DNA of 62,979 nucleotides, the filler included, from Aduncisulcus paluster (lineage: Eukaryota): assembly GCA_024181965.1 (NCBI GenBank). It is 10 parts of 10 records of this genome, joined end to end, with 100 filler letters (N's around TTAATTAATTAA, not from the genome) between each part and the next. Parts side by side here need not be neighbours in the genome. Positions count along the whole stretch, not along the records: positions 38,657 to 42,132 come from BQXS01011639.1; positions 42,233 to 44,645 come from BQXS01011640.1; positions 44,746 to 47,636 come from BQXS01011641.1; positions 47,737 to 58,009 come from BQXS01011642.1; 6 more parts are not named here. One strand, written 5' to 3'. The translations under genes and the position numbers were made by a program. The notes beneath the pieces are model-generated. The model was not told the DNA's origin, searched no databases, and worked only from the letters and a program-made list of their open reading frames with translations. How positions within the stretch are numbered: position 1 is the stretch's first letter; each line of letters begins with the position of its first letter. Below, piece after piece: positions 39,333 through 50,791 of this stretch.

Positions 39333-39769
39333 TTCTGCAAATTCTTACTCTCGATAGAACGAAGCAAAAGAAAAAAGGAACTTAATCAAAATCCTTCTAA
39401 TTATAGTCCATCTGAGAAGGTGTAAGAACAAGAAAAATAAACTGTTATTCAGATGAATTTCTTACTATCCTAAATTATAAACTTCATGATTATCTCATGC
39501 GGTCAATTGATAGTTAGAATGTAAAAACCAGTGACAAGAGTCCGTGTTGAATATGAGAGAATTACAGCAAATATAACTTCAAAACAACAAATCAATTTCA
39601 TATATTTATGGGAAAGTGAGCTTAATTTTCACATTTCAACACTTTGAAATCTTCATGACATTAAAATCCCTTTTTTCTCGATATTACAAAGGGTATTCTA
39701 CCAAGATAGTTCTGTTTTATCAATAATTTGTATTTTTATTTATATATTTTAAAATATTTCCTCGGTATT

Positions 39770-40198
39770 ATGTCATGTAAATCCTATAGCCATTCATCTG
39801 AAATTATCCAAATTCTTAAAGATGTGTCCTCTAAGATTCCTGGGACAATTCAAGCCTTATTGATCGATCGTGACGGATATCTTATTGCTGAACATATTAC
39901 TAACTTCGCAGAAAGCTCTTCGATGAAAGTATTATCTAGTGAGGTTGTATCTGCTTCTGTTATGGCCTGCGCACAATGTGGAATGAAATTTTTACATTTA
40001 GAACGTTATAAAGGAATTCGTGTATCTGTTATGGCTTCTGCTGATGGTAGCTCGGTTGGTATCTTTCAAGTCCCTAAATCTCAATCTTATCTAGTTGTAA
40101 GGGCAGAAAAAAGTGTGTTGGGAGCTTTTAGTATGAGTGGTGGTATTGAAGCTTTGGTGTTAAAGTCACTTCTGGGAAGGTTGTCCGTATTTGAATGA
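39770..40198 (+). CDS. Roadblock/LC7 (LAMTOR/MglB-like) domain protein
   Basis: First ATG at 39770, 142 aa. IIQILKDVSSKIPGTIQALLIDRDGYLIA is the typical helix-strand-strand start of Roadblock folds. Confidence 0.7.
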   Translation: MSCKSYSHSSEIIQILKDVSSKIPGTIQALLIDRDGYLIAEHITNFAESSSMKVLSSEVVSASVMACAQCGMKFLHLERYKGIRVSVMASADGSSVGIFQVPKSQSYLVVRAEKSVLGAFSMSGGIEALVLKSLLGRLSVFE

Positions 40199-40354
40199 GA
40201 TTTCAAATCTTCGAGTCGTAAATATTCACATTGATTATTAATTTTAATAAATTCTAATTTCTATAATACATTTATTATGATGGGTCTTCAAGACTACCAA
40301 GTTGGTAAATTAATGTCTTGAACAGGAAGAGCGCTTTCGTGTGGATACAAAAGA

Positions 40355-42132
40355 ATGGATTCTGTTATTATAAAGAAAATATGTGAATCAAACAATAGGA
40401 TTATATATTCAATTAATTTTTCCCCTGATAATGAACATTGTATCGTTTTATCTTCTGAGGCATCTCCAAGCCAACCACAAAGTCAAGATATTGTTCAATA
40501 TGCCTCAATTTATCGGTTAATCGATAATTATAAAATATTTGAAATCAGAAATACAATAGCAGCCCAATTCGTTGATTCTTTCCGCCTTGCCATCATTCAT
40601 CAAAATGGATATTTATCAATATGGGAACACATTCAATCGGCTTCTAGTCATAAAAAAGGTGAAAGAGATGGGGAATTACACATTGGATATGGAAAATGGC
40701 ACCGAAGATTATATAAACATGTTTCTGCGGGTTCTGATCGAAATTGTCTTTGTATCAATGAATCTGGTGATAAAATCATTATTTCAACGCAAAATATGGA
40801 GCTTAATGTCTTTGATATTTCTTTTGAACTTGAATTTCCCTCGGAGAAATCTCCAAAGAAACAACAGAAATCTACTTCTCCGACTGAATATCAAGAAAAA
40901 GACGGCTATTCAATGTCATTATCGCCATCATCTCCTCTTCTTCGAGATGTTGTTTCACCCCAATCTCCTTCTCCCAAGNNNNNNNNNNNNNNNNNNNNAC
41001 ATTGGATATGGAAAATGGCACCGAAGATTATATAAACATGTTTCTGCGGGTTCTGATCGAAATTGTCTTTGTATCAATGAATCTGGTGATAAAATCATTA
41101 TTTCAACGCAAAATATGGAGCTTAATGTCTTTGATATTTCTTTTGAACTTGAATTTCCCTCGGAGAAATCTCCAAAGAAACAACAGAAATCTACTTCTCC
41201 GACTGAATATCAAGAAAAAGACGGCTATTCAATGTCATTATCGCCATCATCTCCTCTTCTTCGAGATGTTGTTTCACCCCAATCTCCTTCTCCCAAGAAT
41301 GTTAGAAACTCTCCCTCCATTTCAGGCAAAGGTGACAAGTCAGTTTCCCCCAGTATGCTTGTGATTCTCCCTTCAAAGGTTAATTTTGAGTTATCGTGGT
41401 CGTGCACTCTGTCAACGCACATCACATTTATGTTTTCACTTGGACAAAATCTCTGTATTGGTGATGACCAAGGGAATGTTATGATTTATAATGATATTTC
41501 CGGTGAGAAAATAATGGAATATATGCATATAGTTACAACAGTTACCAAAATATCTGGATTTCAACATGGTTCTAATAATATCCTCCCTGGGTCACATCCT
41601 CATATTTCTTCAAGTGGTGATGAGAATGAATTGAATTTTATGTTATGTATTTGCGGAACATCTTTCGATTCGTCAAAAATTATTTCATTTAAACAACGCC
41701 TTCCTTGCTATTTTGTTATTGGAGACGCTTCTGATAAATCTGTACATCCTTCTAAAACTGTTGGAGATTCTTTGTCAAAAACGCATCCCATTGCACCTTC
41801 TTCTGAGTTAGATACCGATCCAAAAATAGAATATAAACATGAAGGTGTTGGATATCGGTCATCTTCTTCCTCCTCTTCCTCCTCCTCCTCCTCCTCTTCT
41901 TCTTCTTCTTCTTCTTCCATTTCTTCCTCTTCTTCTCCAATGATTTTGTCCTCTGAAATTTATTCGTTATGGACATTCAGACATGTATGTTCATTTTCTG
42001 TTGGATTCATTGGATCATCGTCAAGTTCTTCCGATATGTCAATTGATCGTCAAACTGGAATGGAATCAGATATCAAGAGAAAGAAGAAGGCCAAGAAACA
42101 GAAGAGCATTGGAGATGAATACGTTGATTTTC
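40355..42132 (+). CDS. WD40-like beta-propeller protein with a poly-Ser tract, 3'-partial
   Basis: IYSINFSPDNEH, CLCINESGDKIII and LCIGDDQGNVMIYN propeller-like motifs. The two ORFs are joined across the scaffold overlap 40680-40978 = 40999-41297. Confidence 0.65.
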
Positions 42133-42232
42133 NNNNNNNNNNNNNNNNNNNNNNNNNNNNNNNNNNNNNNNNNNNNTTAATTAATTAANNNNNNNNNNNN
42201 NNNNNNNNNNNNNNNNNNNNNNNNNNNNNNNN

Positions 42233-42992
42233 AATGACTGGCTTGGAACTGGTGAAAAGAATGACAATGCCAACAACGAGCAGGATGGAAGTGTTCGTGA
42301 AAGTATAACGCACGACAAAGAAAGAAAAGTTGGAGATATTGAAAAAAAATGGCAAAAGAATGTCAAGATATCAGAACTTGAAGAGGAAGAGGAAGAGGAA
42401 GGAGATAAAAACAACGATGAGAATGATCTCCAAGATGAGTTTGACGAAGCTGCCTTCGATGATAAAGGGAAAGAGCAGGCTGAAAGCGCTGCAACAAAAG
42501 CTGAGGCTGAGCAAGCTGGTGTACGTGAAGAAGAAGAAGAACAAGAAGAACCCGAAGAGGAGAAAGAAGAAGACGAGAAAGAAGAAGACGAGAAAGCTGG
42601 AGCTGGGGCCGAATTGGATGAGATTGATCCGAATGACTGGCTTGGAACTGGTGAAAAGAATGACAATGCCAACAACGAGCAGGATGGAAGTGTTCGTGAA
42701 AGTATAACGCACGACAAAGAAAGAAAAGTTGGAGATATTGAAAAAAAATGGCAAAAGAATGTCAAGATATCAGAACTTGAAGAGGAAGAGGAAGAGGAAG
42801 GAGATAAAAACAACGATGAGAATGATCTCCAAGATGAGTTTGACGAAGCTGCCTTCGATGATAAAGGGAAAGAGCAGGCTGAAAGCGCTGCAACAAAAGC
42901 TGAGGCTGAGCAAGCTGGTGTACGTGAAGAAGAAGAACAAGAAGAACCCGAAGAGGAGAAAGAAGAAGACGAGAAAGAAGAAGACGAGAAAG
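42233..42992 (+). repeat. In-frame tandem duplication with a 399-bp period inside the midasin acidic tether
   Basis: 42233-42596 matches 42632-42992 except for one GAA codon. There is no N gap between the copies. Confidence 0.9.
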
Positions 42993-44134
42993 ACGAAGAG
43001 GAGAAAGAAAGAGGGGATGTTAACCATGACGCTGAATCACAAAATGATGATGAACTCAATGAAAACCAGGGTACAGATGGACTTAATAATGAAGCGAATG
43101 AGGAGGAAGAAGAAGAAGAGATAGAAAAAGGTTTGAAGAAAGAAGAGGAAGAAGAAGAGGAAAAGGAAGAAGAAGAAGAAAAGAAAGAAGAAGAAAAGGA
43201 TGGTTCGATTCAAGCTCAAGATCATTCAATATCTTTGTCTTCTTCCAAATATTCCGATAAATCTGAGCTTGATACGTGGGATCAAATTGTTTCTTCAACC
43301 CATATCCTTTCACAACAGCTCACTGAACAGCTTCGACTCATTTTGACCCCCACACAAGCTGCAGCACTTAAAGGGGACTATAAGACAGGAAAACGATTGA
43401 ATATGCGAAAAGTAATTGCTTTTATTGCTTCTGATTATCGTAAAGATAAGATCTGGATGCGCCGAAGCAAACCTGTTAAAAGGAGTTATCATATTCTCGT
43501 CAGCATCGATGATAGCAAAAGCATGCAGATTTGTCAGGCCGGTGAGTTCTCTCTGAAGAGTTTAGCAGTTGTCAGTGGAGCCCTTGCACAGCTCCAAGCT
43601 GGTAAATTGGGAGTTGTGTCCTTTGGCAAGGAGACTAAGGTTATTTCACCTCTCCAACCCGCTGAAGTGGTCAATTCAACCCTTCGAAGTGTTGTAGGAG
43701 GGTTTTCCTTCTCTCAAACAAGCACAAGTTATGCTGATATGCTTCAAAGTTGCATTGAGGCACTTGACAAGGAAAGAAGCGGAAGTATCAATGCTGCCCA
43801 GCTTCTTCTCATTCTAAGCGATGGTCGAATCGGTGGAGATGGAGTTAGAATTGCTAACCTATGCAGGAGAGCTATATCACACGGACAACTTCCCATTTTG
43901 ATAATTCTTGATGCCCAAACAGAAGAGACAGAAGAATCGGCCAACAAACGGAAGAGGAAAAGTATATTTACTATGAAAAAATGGAAGACTGATCCAATAA
44001 CCAAACAGATCAAGATGGAGAATTATCTCGACGATTATTGCATGCCATATTACATTGTTGTTCAAGATATTCACAGTCTCCCAAATGTATTGGCTGCAGC
44101 CTTGCGTATGTGGTTTGAGATGGTCCAAAAATAG
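42233..44134 (+). CDS. MDN1: Midasin (Rea1) C-terminus: D/E-rich tether plus MIDAS/vWA domain, 5'-partial
   Basis: LTEQLRLILTPTQAAALKGDYKTGKRLNMRKVIAFIASDYRKDKIWMRR, SIDDSKSM (DxSxS), ILSDGR, LPNVLAAALRMWFE. Confidence 0.96.
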   Translation, partial: NDWLGTGEKNDNANNEQDGSVRESITHDKERKVGDIEKKWQKNVKISELEEEEEEEGDKNNDENDLQDEFDEAAFDDKGKEQAESAATKAEAEQAGVREEEEEQEEPEEEKEEDEKEEDEKAGAGAELDEIDPNDWLGTGEKNDNANNEQDGSVRESITHDKERKVGDIEKKWQKNVKISELEEEEEEEGDKNNDENDLQDEFDEAAFDDKGKEQAESAATKAEAEQAGVREEEEQEEPEEEKEEDEKEEDEKDEEEKERGDVNHDAESQNDDELNENQGTDGLNNEANEEEEEEEIEKGLKKEEEEEEEKEEEEEKKEEEKDGSIQAQDHSISLSSSKYSDKSELDTWDQIVSSTHILSQQLTEQLRLILTPTQAAALKGDYKTGKRLNMRKVIAFIASDYRKDKIWMRRSKPVKRSYHILVSIDDSKSMQICQAGEFSLKSLAVVSGALAQLQAGKLGVVSFGKETKVISPLQPAEVVNSTLRSVVGGFSFSQTSTSYADMLQSCIEALDKERSGSINAAQLLLILSDGRIGGDGVRIANLCRRAISHGQLPILIILDAQTEETEESANKRKRKSIFTMKKWKTDPITKQIKMENYLDDYCMPYYIVVQDIHSLPNVLAAALRMWFEMVQK

Positions 44135-44745
44135 ACCAAATCTGAAAAATTGACCTTTGGGAACTCAACGAGTCCCGCCATTCAATCGCATTTCAAGTTG
44201 AAACATTGGAAAATAATAAAATTAACTCTTTTTGTTGTTGTCACTATTTAAGAATTTCTCAATTCGAATATTACTCAAAGTGTTCGAGAACCAAACTGGC
44301 ACAAATAAGTTGGAATACTCGGGACTTATGAAACAACTCGTTTCAAAATCTGATTTTGTAGCAAAAGAAAACAAACAAACTGAATTAGATTTTATCAATC
44401 AAGCAGAGAAGAAAATTAGAAGTATAGCTTCTCTGTTAATAAGTAGATGGTATATTTACAAGATTCATAGATTTCAACTGCAACTTATCATAATATCTCG
44501 TCACTGTATAATCCACTATGTAAACAAAACTCAGAGTTAGAAAACGATTTTGTGAAAAGTTTTGTCAGGAGTGAATTCACAAGGATGGCATGCAATGTAA
44601 AATTCAAAGAAGATGTTTGTAAAATTATTTATATATTTTATGCAANNNNNNNNNNNNNNNNNNNNNNNNNNNNNNNNNNNNNNNNNNNNTTAATTAATTA
44701 ANNNNNNNNNNNNNNNNNNNNNNNNNNNNNNNNNNNNNNNNNNNN

Positions 44746-45914
44746 AGAAAGAATTTCGAGCTCAGCAGAGAATGTTTCTCAACCCTAAATGTTATTCAAG
44801 GATAGCAAGACCAATGTACATTCTTAATTTACTTGATAAATCAACGCTTCGTGGCGTATACGGATTTATGATGGAATTTTGTGCTGGTGGAAGTGTATCT
44901 GATTTTGTAAGAGATTGGTGTTTCTCACGTCCAAAAATAGATAAGTTACCGTATGAATCTGAAGGATCTGAAGATGATTTTGATGATCTTATTGCGTCTT
45001 CTCCCCCTCAACCTGACCCAATTCGTATTGCGTGCGTTTGTGTACACATGATCGAGTGCCTTCACGATGTTTTTGTTTCAAGACCTGAGTTTATCGATCG
45101 TGACATTAAGCCCGATAATTTCCTCGTTCGTGTTGATCCCATTTCGAATGTATGTACGATCGTTCTTGGTGATCTTGGTTTGGTGGAAATAAGAAGTTCG
45201 ATGACTATGTCATCACATTCCATTCCTTACGAATCTCCCAAAAAGACTTTTGGTCCCAAACCAACCCTTCCTGGCAAACATTTTCCCGGAAGTGGAGGCG
45301 GAGATGGTGAGGGTAAGGAGACTATTGAGGAGGTGAGTCATGGGACTTGTGATGAGGATTCTGGTGAAATATGTGGAACATTTGTTTATAATTCTTATGA
45401 AGCATTGAAGCGTGGTGTTCATTCGCAATTGAGTGATGCATATTCTCTTGGAATGAGTATATTTAGTCTGTTTTCCGGCAAACCCCCTTTCTTCTTTGCT
45501 CCACTTCTCAAGGGAGTTAAAGATTCATTCTCCTTCATAAAAACACTCATATTCTTGCATGAAAATGATATGGTTCCTCAACTGATGGATATTCCACTTT
45601 TCCAGAAAATTCAAACGATGGAGGATGGCAAATATGTCGATCTGTTTCATATTCTCAATACCATCTTTTCAGGACTTATAACGCAGGATGTTACCAAACG
45701 AATGTCTGTACATCGTGCCAATGAACTTGTTCAAAGCATAAAACATCTTCTTCCAACACTTGGAGAAGGATGGAAATGCTGTTCCACTGACGGGCTAATT
45801 AAGCAGAAAATAGCACAATACGGAGAATGTTTGCCGATAAAAACGATTTTACAACCATTTGATAGGGATGATTTTCTTGATACTCCGAAAATCACGACAT
45901 GGGACAGTAAATAA
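44746..45914 (+). CDS. Lineage-specific Ser/Thr-type protein kinase, 5'-partial
   Basis: MEFCAGGS hinge, IDRDIKPDNFLV catalytic loop, GDLGL (DFG site), GTFVYNSYE, SDAYSLG. Confidence 0.9.
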
Positions 45915-46151
45915 TATTATCTCACTGTTTTAAAATAATTTTTTGCCATAAACATTATTTTAGAAATTTTATTATTATTTTGGCTCACAAACTCAACAAA
46001 ATAAATTGGAACTCAATGATTGATGCGAGATAATTTTCAAAAAATAATTTTCCATAAATTGTTGAATGTGGATGGGTACATTCGTTTTTTTGTTCCGTTA
46101 ATTGTGTTTTATTAAAATAGTTGGATATTAAACCTCGATAAAGTTGCGTTT

Positions 46152-47636
46152 ATGTCCCAAAAAAAACATAATGTTGCTGATTTTTCTAGTGGAGAGGCCT
46201 TCAGTTCGGTCCCTTCTCCAGAGGAACAATCTAATATTATTTCTCAATTATCCTTTAGTTATTTGACTTCATTGACAAAGATTGCGGTGGATAGACCAAT
46301 CGAATATGATGATTTACACCCTCTTCGAGAATCTTTCCGTAGCAAGACTCTTATTAATAATGTTGAAGAATCTTGGAAAAAACAGGAATCTAAAGCTAAA
46401 GAAAAGAATGATCATGCCTTATTAAAAGGAAAACAGGGTAAGATTGAAAAACCTTCAATTCTGTTTGCTCTGTGGGATTCTTTTAAATCTTCTCTTGTTT
46501 TTTCATTTTTCCAAAAGCTTATTCATGATATTATTCTATTTTTTAAACCGTACGCTATTAAATCAATGGTTTCCATAATTACTGATATTCACAGTGGAAA
46601 TAATACCAGGAGAACATACATCTTAGCTGGAATTCTTGTTCTCCTTATTTTTATTCTCCCTTTTATCCAGACTGTTGCTCTACAGAGTTATTTCCGGAAT
46701 ACTTTCAATCTGAGTTTCACTGTGAAATCTTCCCTGTCTGGTCTTATCTTTAAGAAGCTTCTCCGTATTAGTGAGACTGTTCGGCAGCGTGCAAGCAGTG
46801 GAAACATTGTCAATCTAATGTTTACCGACTCACAATATATGGGTAACCTCGCTCTTCAGTTACATCAGTTTTGGTCAATGCCTTTCCAGTTGGTCGTCGG
46901 TATTGTGCTCCTTTTGATTAACTTGGGCATTCCTGCACTCGCTGGAATCGGTGTGATTGTTCTATTTATTCCCATTCAATCTGTTGTCACGAACAAACTG
47001 GCTCGGCACACAAGAGATATGATGAAGAAGAACGACGAACGTGTCAGGACCGTTAATGAAGTGTTATCTGGAATAAGGATGATAAAGAGCTCCGGTTATG
47101 AAACAGAAATGATTGAAAAGATCTCAAAATCCAGGGAAATCCAGTCAAAGGTCCTATATAAGGTGCAATTGTATAAACAATTGCAGGTATTCATGATGGA
47201 TATTTCCCCCATTTTGGTCTGTGGTGTTTCTTTCCTTATGTATGCTCTTATTGAGGGTAACACTCTCTCTCCAGACGTTGCTTTTGCCTCTGTCTCGTTG
47301 TTCGATATTCTTTGGTTCCCAATCATGTTTGTCCCTCGTATCATCAGTATATCCGTTGAGGCTCGTACTGCTTCATCCAGGATGGCTGTGTTTATGGAGC
47401 TTGAAGAGGTAGAAAAGGGTGTGAAGAGAGAAAAGATATCCAAAGGAAGATCCTCAGATCCTAAACACTCTTTATCTACAACTGATTCGGCTGATAGTTC
47501 TATTGTATCCACGGGTGGGTCCTCCTCCGGCAGACAAGAGATTGTTACTATTGGTTCTGGTTGTGGAGATGCGAGTGGCTCACTCTGTTTTGCTCGTCTT
47601 GACGATCGTTCAGACCCTTCAAGAGTGTTTGTCAAC
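46152..47636 (+). CDS. ABCC/MRP-family transporter (L0 plus TMD1), 3'-partial
   Basis: PEEQSNIISQLSFSYL...YDDL L0 motif, SSGNIVNLMFTD, DERVRTVNEVLSGIRMIK, AFASVSLFDIL. Confidence 0.93.
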
Positions 47637-47736
47637 NNNNNNNNNNNNNNNNNNNNNNNNNNNNNNNNNNNNNNNNNNNNTTAATTAATTAANNNNNNNN
47701 NNNNNNNNNNNNNNNNNNNNNNNNNNNNNNNNNNNN

Positions 47737-48358
47737 GTTCAGTGAATGTTTGTTGAATTACGAATTCGAGGTCACTCTTCTTCCCAGCCGTGTCAACTTC
47801 AGATCGAGTCCGCTCCGAAAGACGGGGAATCTTTAATCCTCGTAAAAACATCGCAGCCACATGCTCATCATCACCAAAGTCTGGATGACGGTCCACAATC
47901 TCCTGGAAGTCGGCAGTGTACTTCACCAGAGCGGTCGGAGTCAGAACCTCAAGTTTCATTTCTTTTAATTGGTCATAATAAGCCTGGGTCGTGGACGCGG
48001 CAAACTTCTTGTTCAGTGCTTCATGCAACTCTTCCGGGGTCGCTTCCTCGCCAATCCTAGCCGTTAATCGCAAGGTTTTTAACAGGCTTGGTTCCACAAG
48101 GGTAGTCCAATTAGCAGTTCCACCTCTAGCCACGTAGATTTTCAGATCCCTTTGAAATTGTAACCACTTCTTTGAATCAAAGTCCTTCAAGAAAGGAGGT
48201 TGCAGAATTGTTATGTCCTGATTGTTTTGCATCGATTAAGTATTAATACTAGTTTTAAAACTGTTACCGTAATGCAATTTATTGTAAACGAAACGGAATA
48301 AACGGTCTAAAAATAGAATTGAGAATAAAACGATAAAGCTGAATGATACACCATAACA
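47737..48358 (-). mobile_element. Ty3/Gypsy-like element A: short 5' LTR (48262-48358) and gag start (47737-48232), truncated by the contig end
   Basis: Gag-like LQPPFLKDFDSKKWLQFQRDLKIYVARGG, homologous to IKPPILRDYNPRAFSAFVNEYQIYTLQGG in element B. Minus-strand TGTTAT...AATAAA...GTAACA segment of 97 bp; the LTR start is inferred. Confidence 0.7.
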
Positions 48359-48368
48359 CCCTCTTATT

Positions 48369-48830
48369 ATGAATATCTTGAATAATAGGAAGAGTGAGAT
48401 GTGGAAGTACAGTCCACATGAACTGATGTACGGATCCTCAAAAAAGAGGAATCAGCTTATAACGGCCTTAATTGAAGTGGGGGTAGGAATGTCAAGAAAT
48501 GCATTAGTTTTCACATTCCAATAATCCAACATTATATTATTATTTTTATTAATTATTTTAAAACAATATTTTATTTCCTTTATTAAATTTGTTATTTTTA
48601 TTTATTTTATTTAATCTAATTACCCACTTCAATCAGGGGGTTTACTGCAGGGAGAATGACCGTGCTTCCTCCTGAACAAACAATAAATTTGCTAACGCCA
48701 TACATTTACTCGAGTGTTCCACATGGGTGCAGGTCCGCCAGTCTGCGATATCGGCGGAGTTCTAAAAACCGGCATAAAATATATAGTGGTTCCATCAATT
48801 ATTGACCTTGGGTATAAACCAAAAAAGTAG
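48369..48830 (+). pseudogene. Retrotransposon integrase C-terminal remnant interrupted by a solo LTR
   Basis: MNILNNRKSEMWKYSPHELMYG matches the integrase N..H..G.SP.EL.YG pattern. The frame stays open to TAG at 48828-48830 once the LTR and one TSD copy are removed. Confidence 0.55.
48482..48723 (+). mobile_element. Solo LTR of the element B family with a 4-bp TSD (TGGG)
   Basis: Near-identical to 50792-51035. TGGG at 48478-48481 and 48724-48727. First base is G instead of T. Confidence 0.9.
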
Positions 48831-49339
48831 AATAAATATATTAAGAATTAATGAATGGTTATTATTTATATGTTGAAAGTATTATTAATATCACCGGCCA
48901 TTCATTGAATCTTGTCAAATTTGATAATCAAAATCTTCTTTGAAATGGAAAGAATTGAACTATTTATTCAAAATATATTTTTAAAATTAGAATACAAGAA
49001 AAAATCCGTTATATTATGGAAAAAGCAAGGCGTCCACATAAAATTTTGACCCTCCAAAAATAAAAAAATTATAAGCAAAATTAATAGCATTTTTAATTAT
49101 GATAAATAATTTATTTGTCTTTGTATTTATAAGTTTCAAATAAACTGAAAATCTCAAAAATTCATATTTAGAAATTTTCTCTGTTTTTTTGCATATCAAA
49201 AAACTATGATCACAGATTTATTACCCTATTTTAATAGTAGTTATAAAAATGAGAAGCTTTGGGCAAAGTACAAATGAATCGCAAGACTTGAAAAAGGTGC
49301 AAAAAAATGTCAAGTTATTGAAAGGATAATTCAGGATAT

Positions 49340-49781
49340 AGAGGACACCATTGAAATTAATTTAGAAGATAAAGATAAAAAATATTGGTGTAATGCTTGT
49401 TCTATTTATATTGTTTCAGAAAAAGGATTGGCATACCACATTTGCTCGCTGACACACCATTCTTCCGAAATTCCCGAAGAAAAGGAAATATCTAAATTTC
49501 AAAAGATAATTGAGATCAAAAAAGAGATTATCAAGTCTGTAATTTGTGCTGGCATTCCGATTAATGCCATACCAAAAATTTTGACTGAAGATATTCAGAT
49601 CGCCATTCGATCGTTGGCCGACACAATAACCTTTTGCAGATCTTCTTGATATACATTAGGAAATAGTATCGCGAGACAAGCAATTATTGATGTTCGAAAA
49701 AGAGTGTTTTCATGTCAAAATTATAGTTTAATTTTGGATAAATGTCAAAGTCGTGGAAAGAACATTCTTGTCATAATGGCC
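49340..49781 (+). pseudogene. hAT-like transposase N-terminal remnant (C2H2/BED-like finger, AGIP motif, first catalytic Asp region)
   Basis: KYWCNAC...LAYHICSLTH, IIKSVICAGIPINAI and, after a stop/frameshift, YSLILDKCQS. Paralogous to 57575-58009. Confidence 0.55.
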
Positions 49782-50791
49782 CATTCATCACAAAGCTAGA
49801 ATTGATCTCTTCGATTATTATTGGTTTTTTAATGTCGTAGGGCAGGTACCGTGGCTGATTTACCTTGCTAATGAGAAATTCACGGTGGAGCAGTGATATC
49901 AGAAATCGAAACCCGATTTTGTCAACAATGGCTTCAATTTCTTTATAAATATCACCAGATATTGCTAAAACACTATATAGATCGCATATTGACAGTCGAG
50001 AGGGGTCTCTTGTCAAAATCGGCATTCCAGTTGAAAAACGCCTTTTCATCTCACTCAAATTTGTTTTGATGAGTGTAATATCCGTTTTTATCGTTCAAAT
50101 ATCATCGGTCATGATTACAATTAGCAGAATAAACATCATTTCGATCATCGATATAAACCTGTTTTTTTATCATAATAAATGATTTATTTATTTTTAATTT
50201 TCATTTATTTTAATTAATTTTTTTTAAATTTGTGACATAACACTCTTAACATCATATCTCGAAAGGTTTTTGTATCGGGCGTTTTCCAAATTTATATGGA
50301 CCTTAAATAAAAATATTTTTCAAAATTATCATTTTTACTAACATTTATTTCATTTTTATATCATTTTTATGCAGACAACATGTTTGCACCAAGTTGCCAT
50401 TTTTATCTTCTTTTTTTGTCAACATCGTGTCCTTAAAAGCGGTCTCCCTTGGGTCTGATCAACCCAGGGGAGGCGTAAGACTTATTTATTTTATTTGGTT
50501 TCGTTCCCACTCCTCCCCCCGATGACCCCCCCTGTATTCCTGTTTTCTTTGTAAAAAAAGGGGGGGTCCCCAACGATTTTTCATTTTTTTGTTTTTTGTA
50601 ATTTAAGATAATTGTTTAAAGTAAAATTTTTAGTCATATTTATATAGTAACGGACTTTTTATGTATTACAGCATTGATTTCAAGTCAAACATATAGGTCA
50701 AATGTCGGACTAGCTCGGGTTGGAATTATAGGTCAAGACTTATGTGTGACTGTAGGTCCACCATTTGTTTTACTTAAGAATGTTTTCGCTG

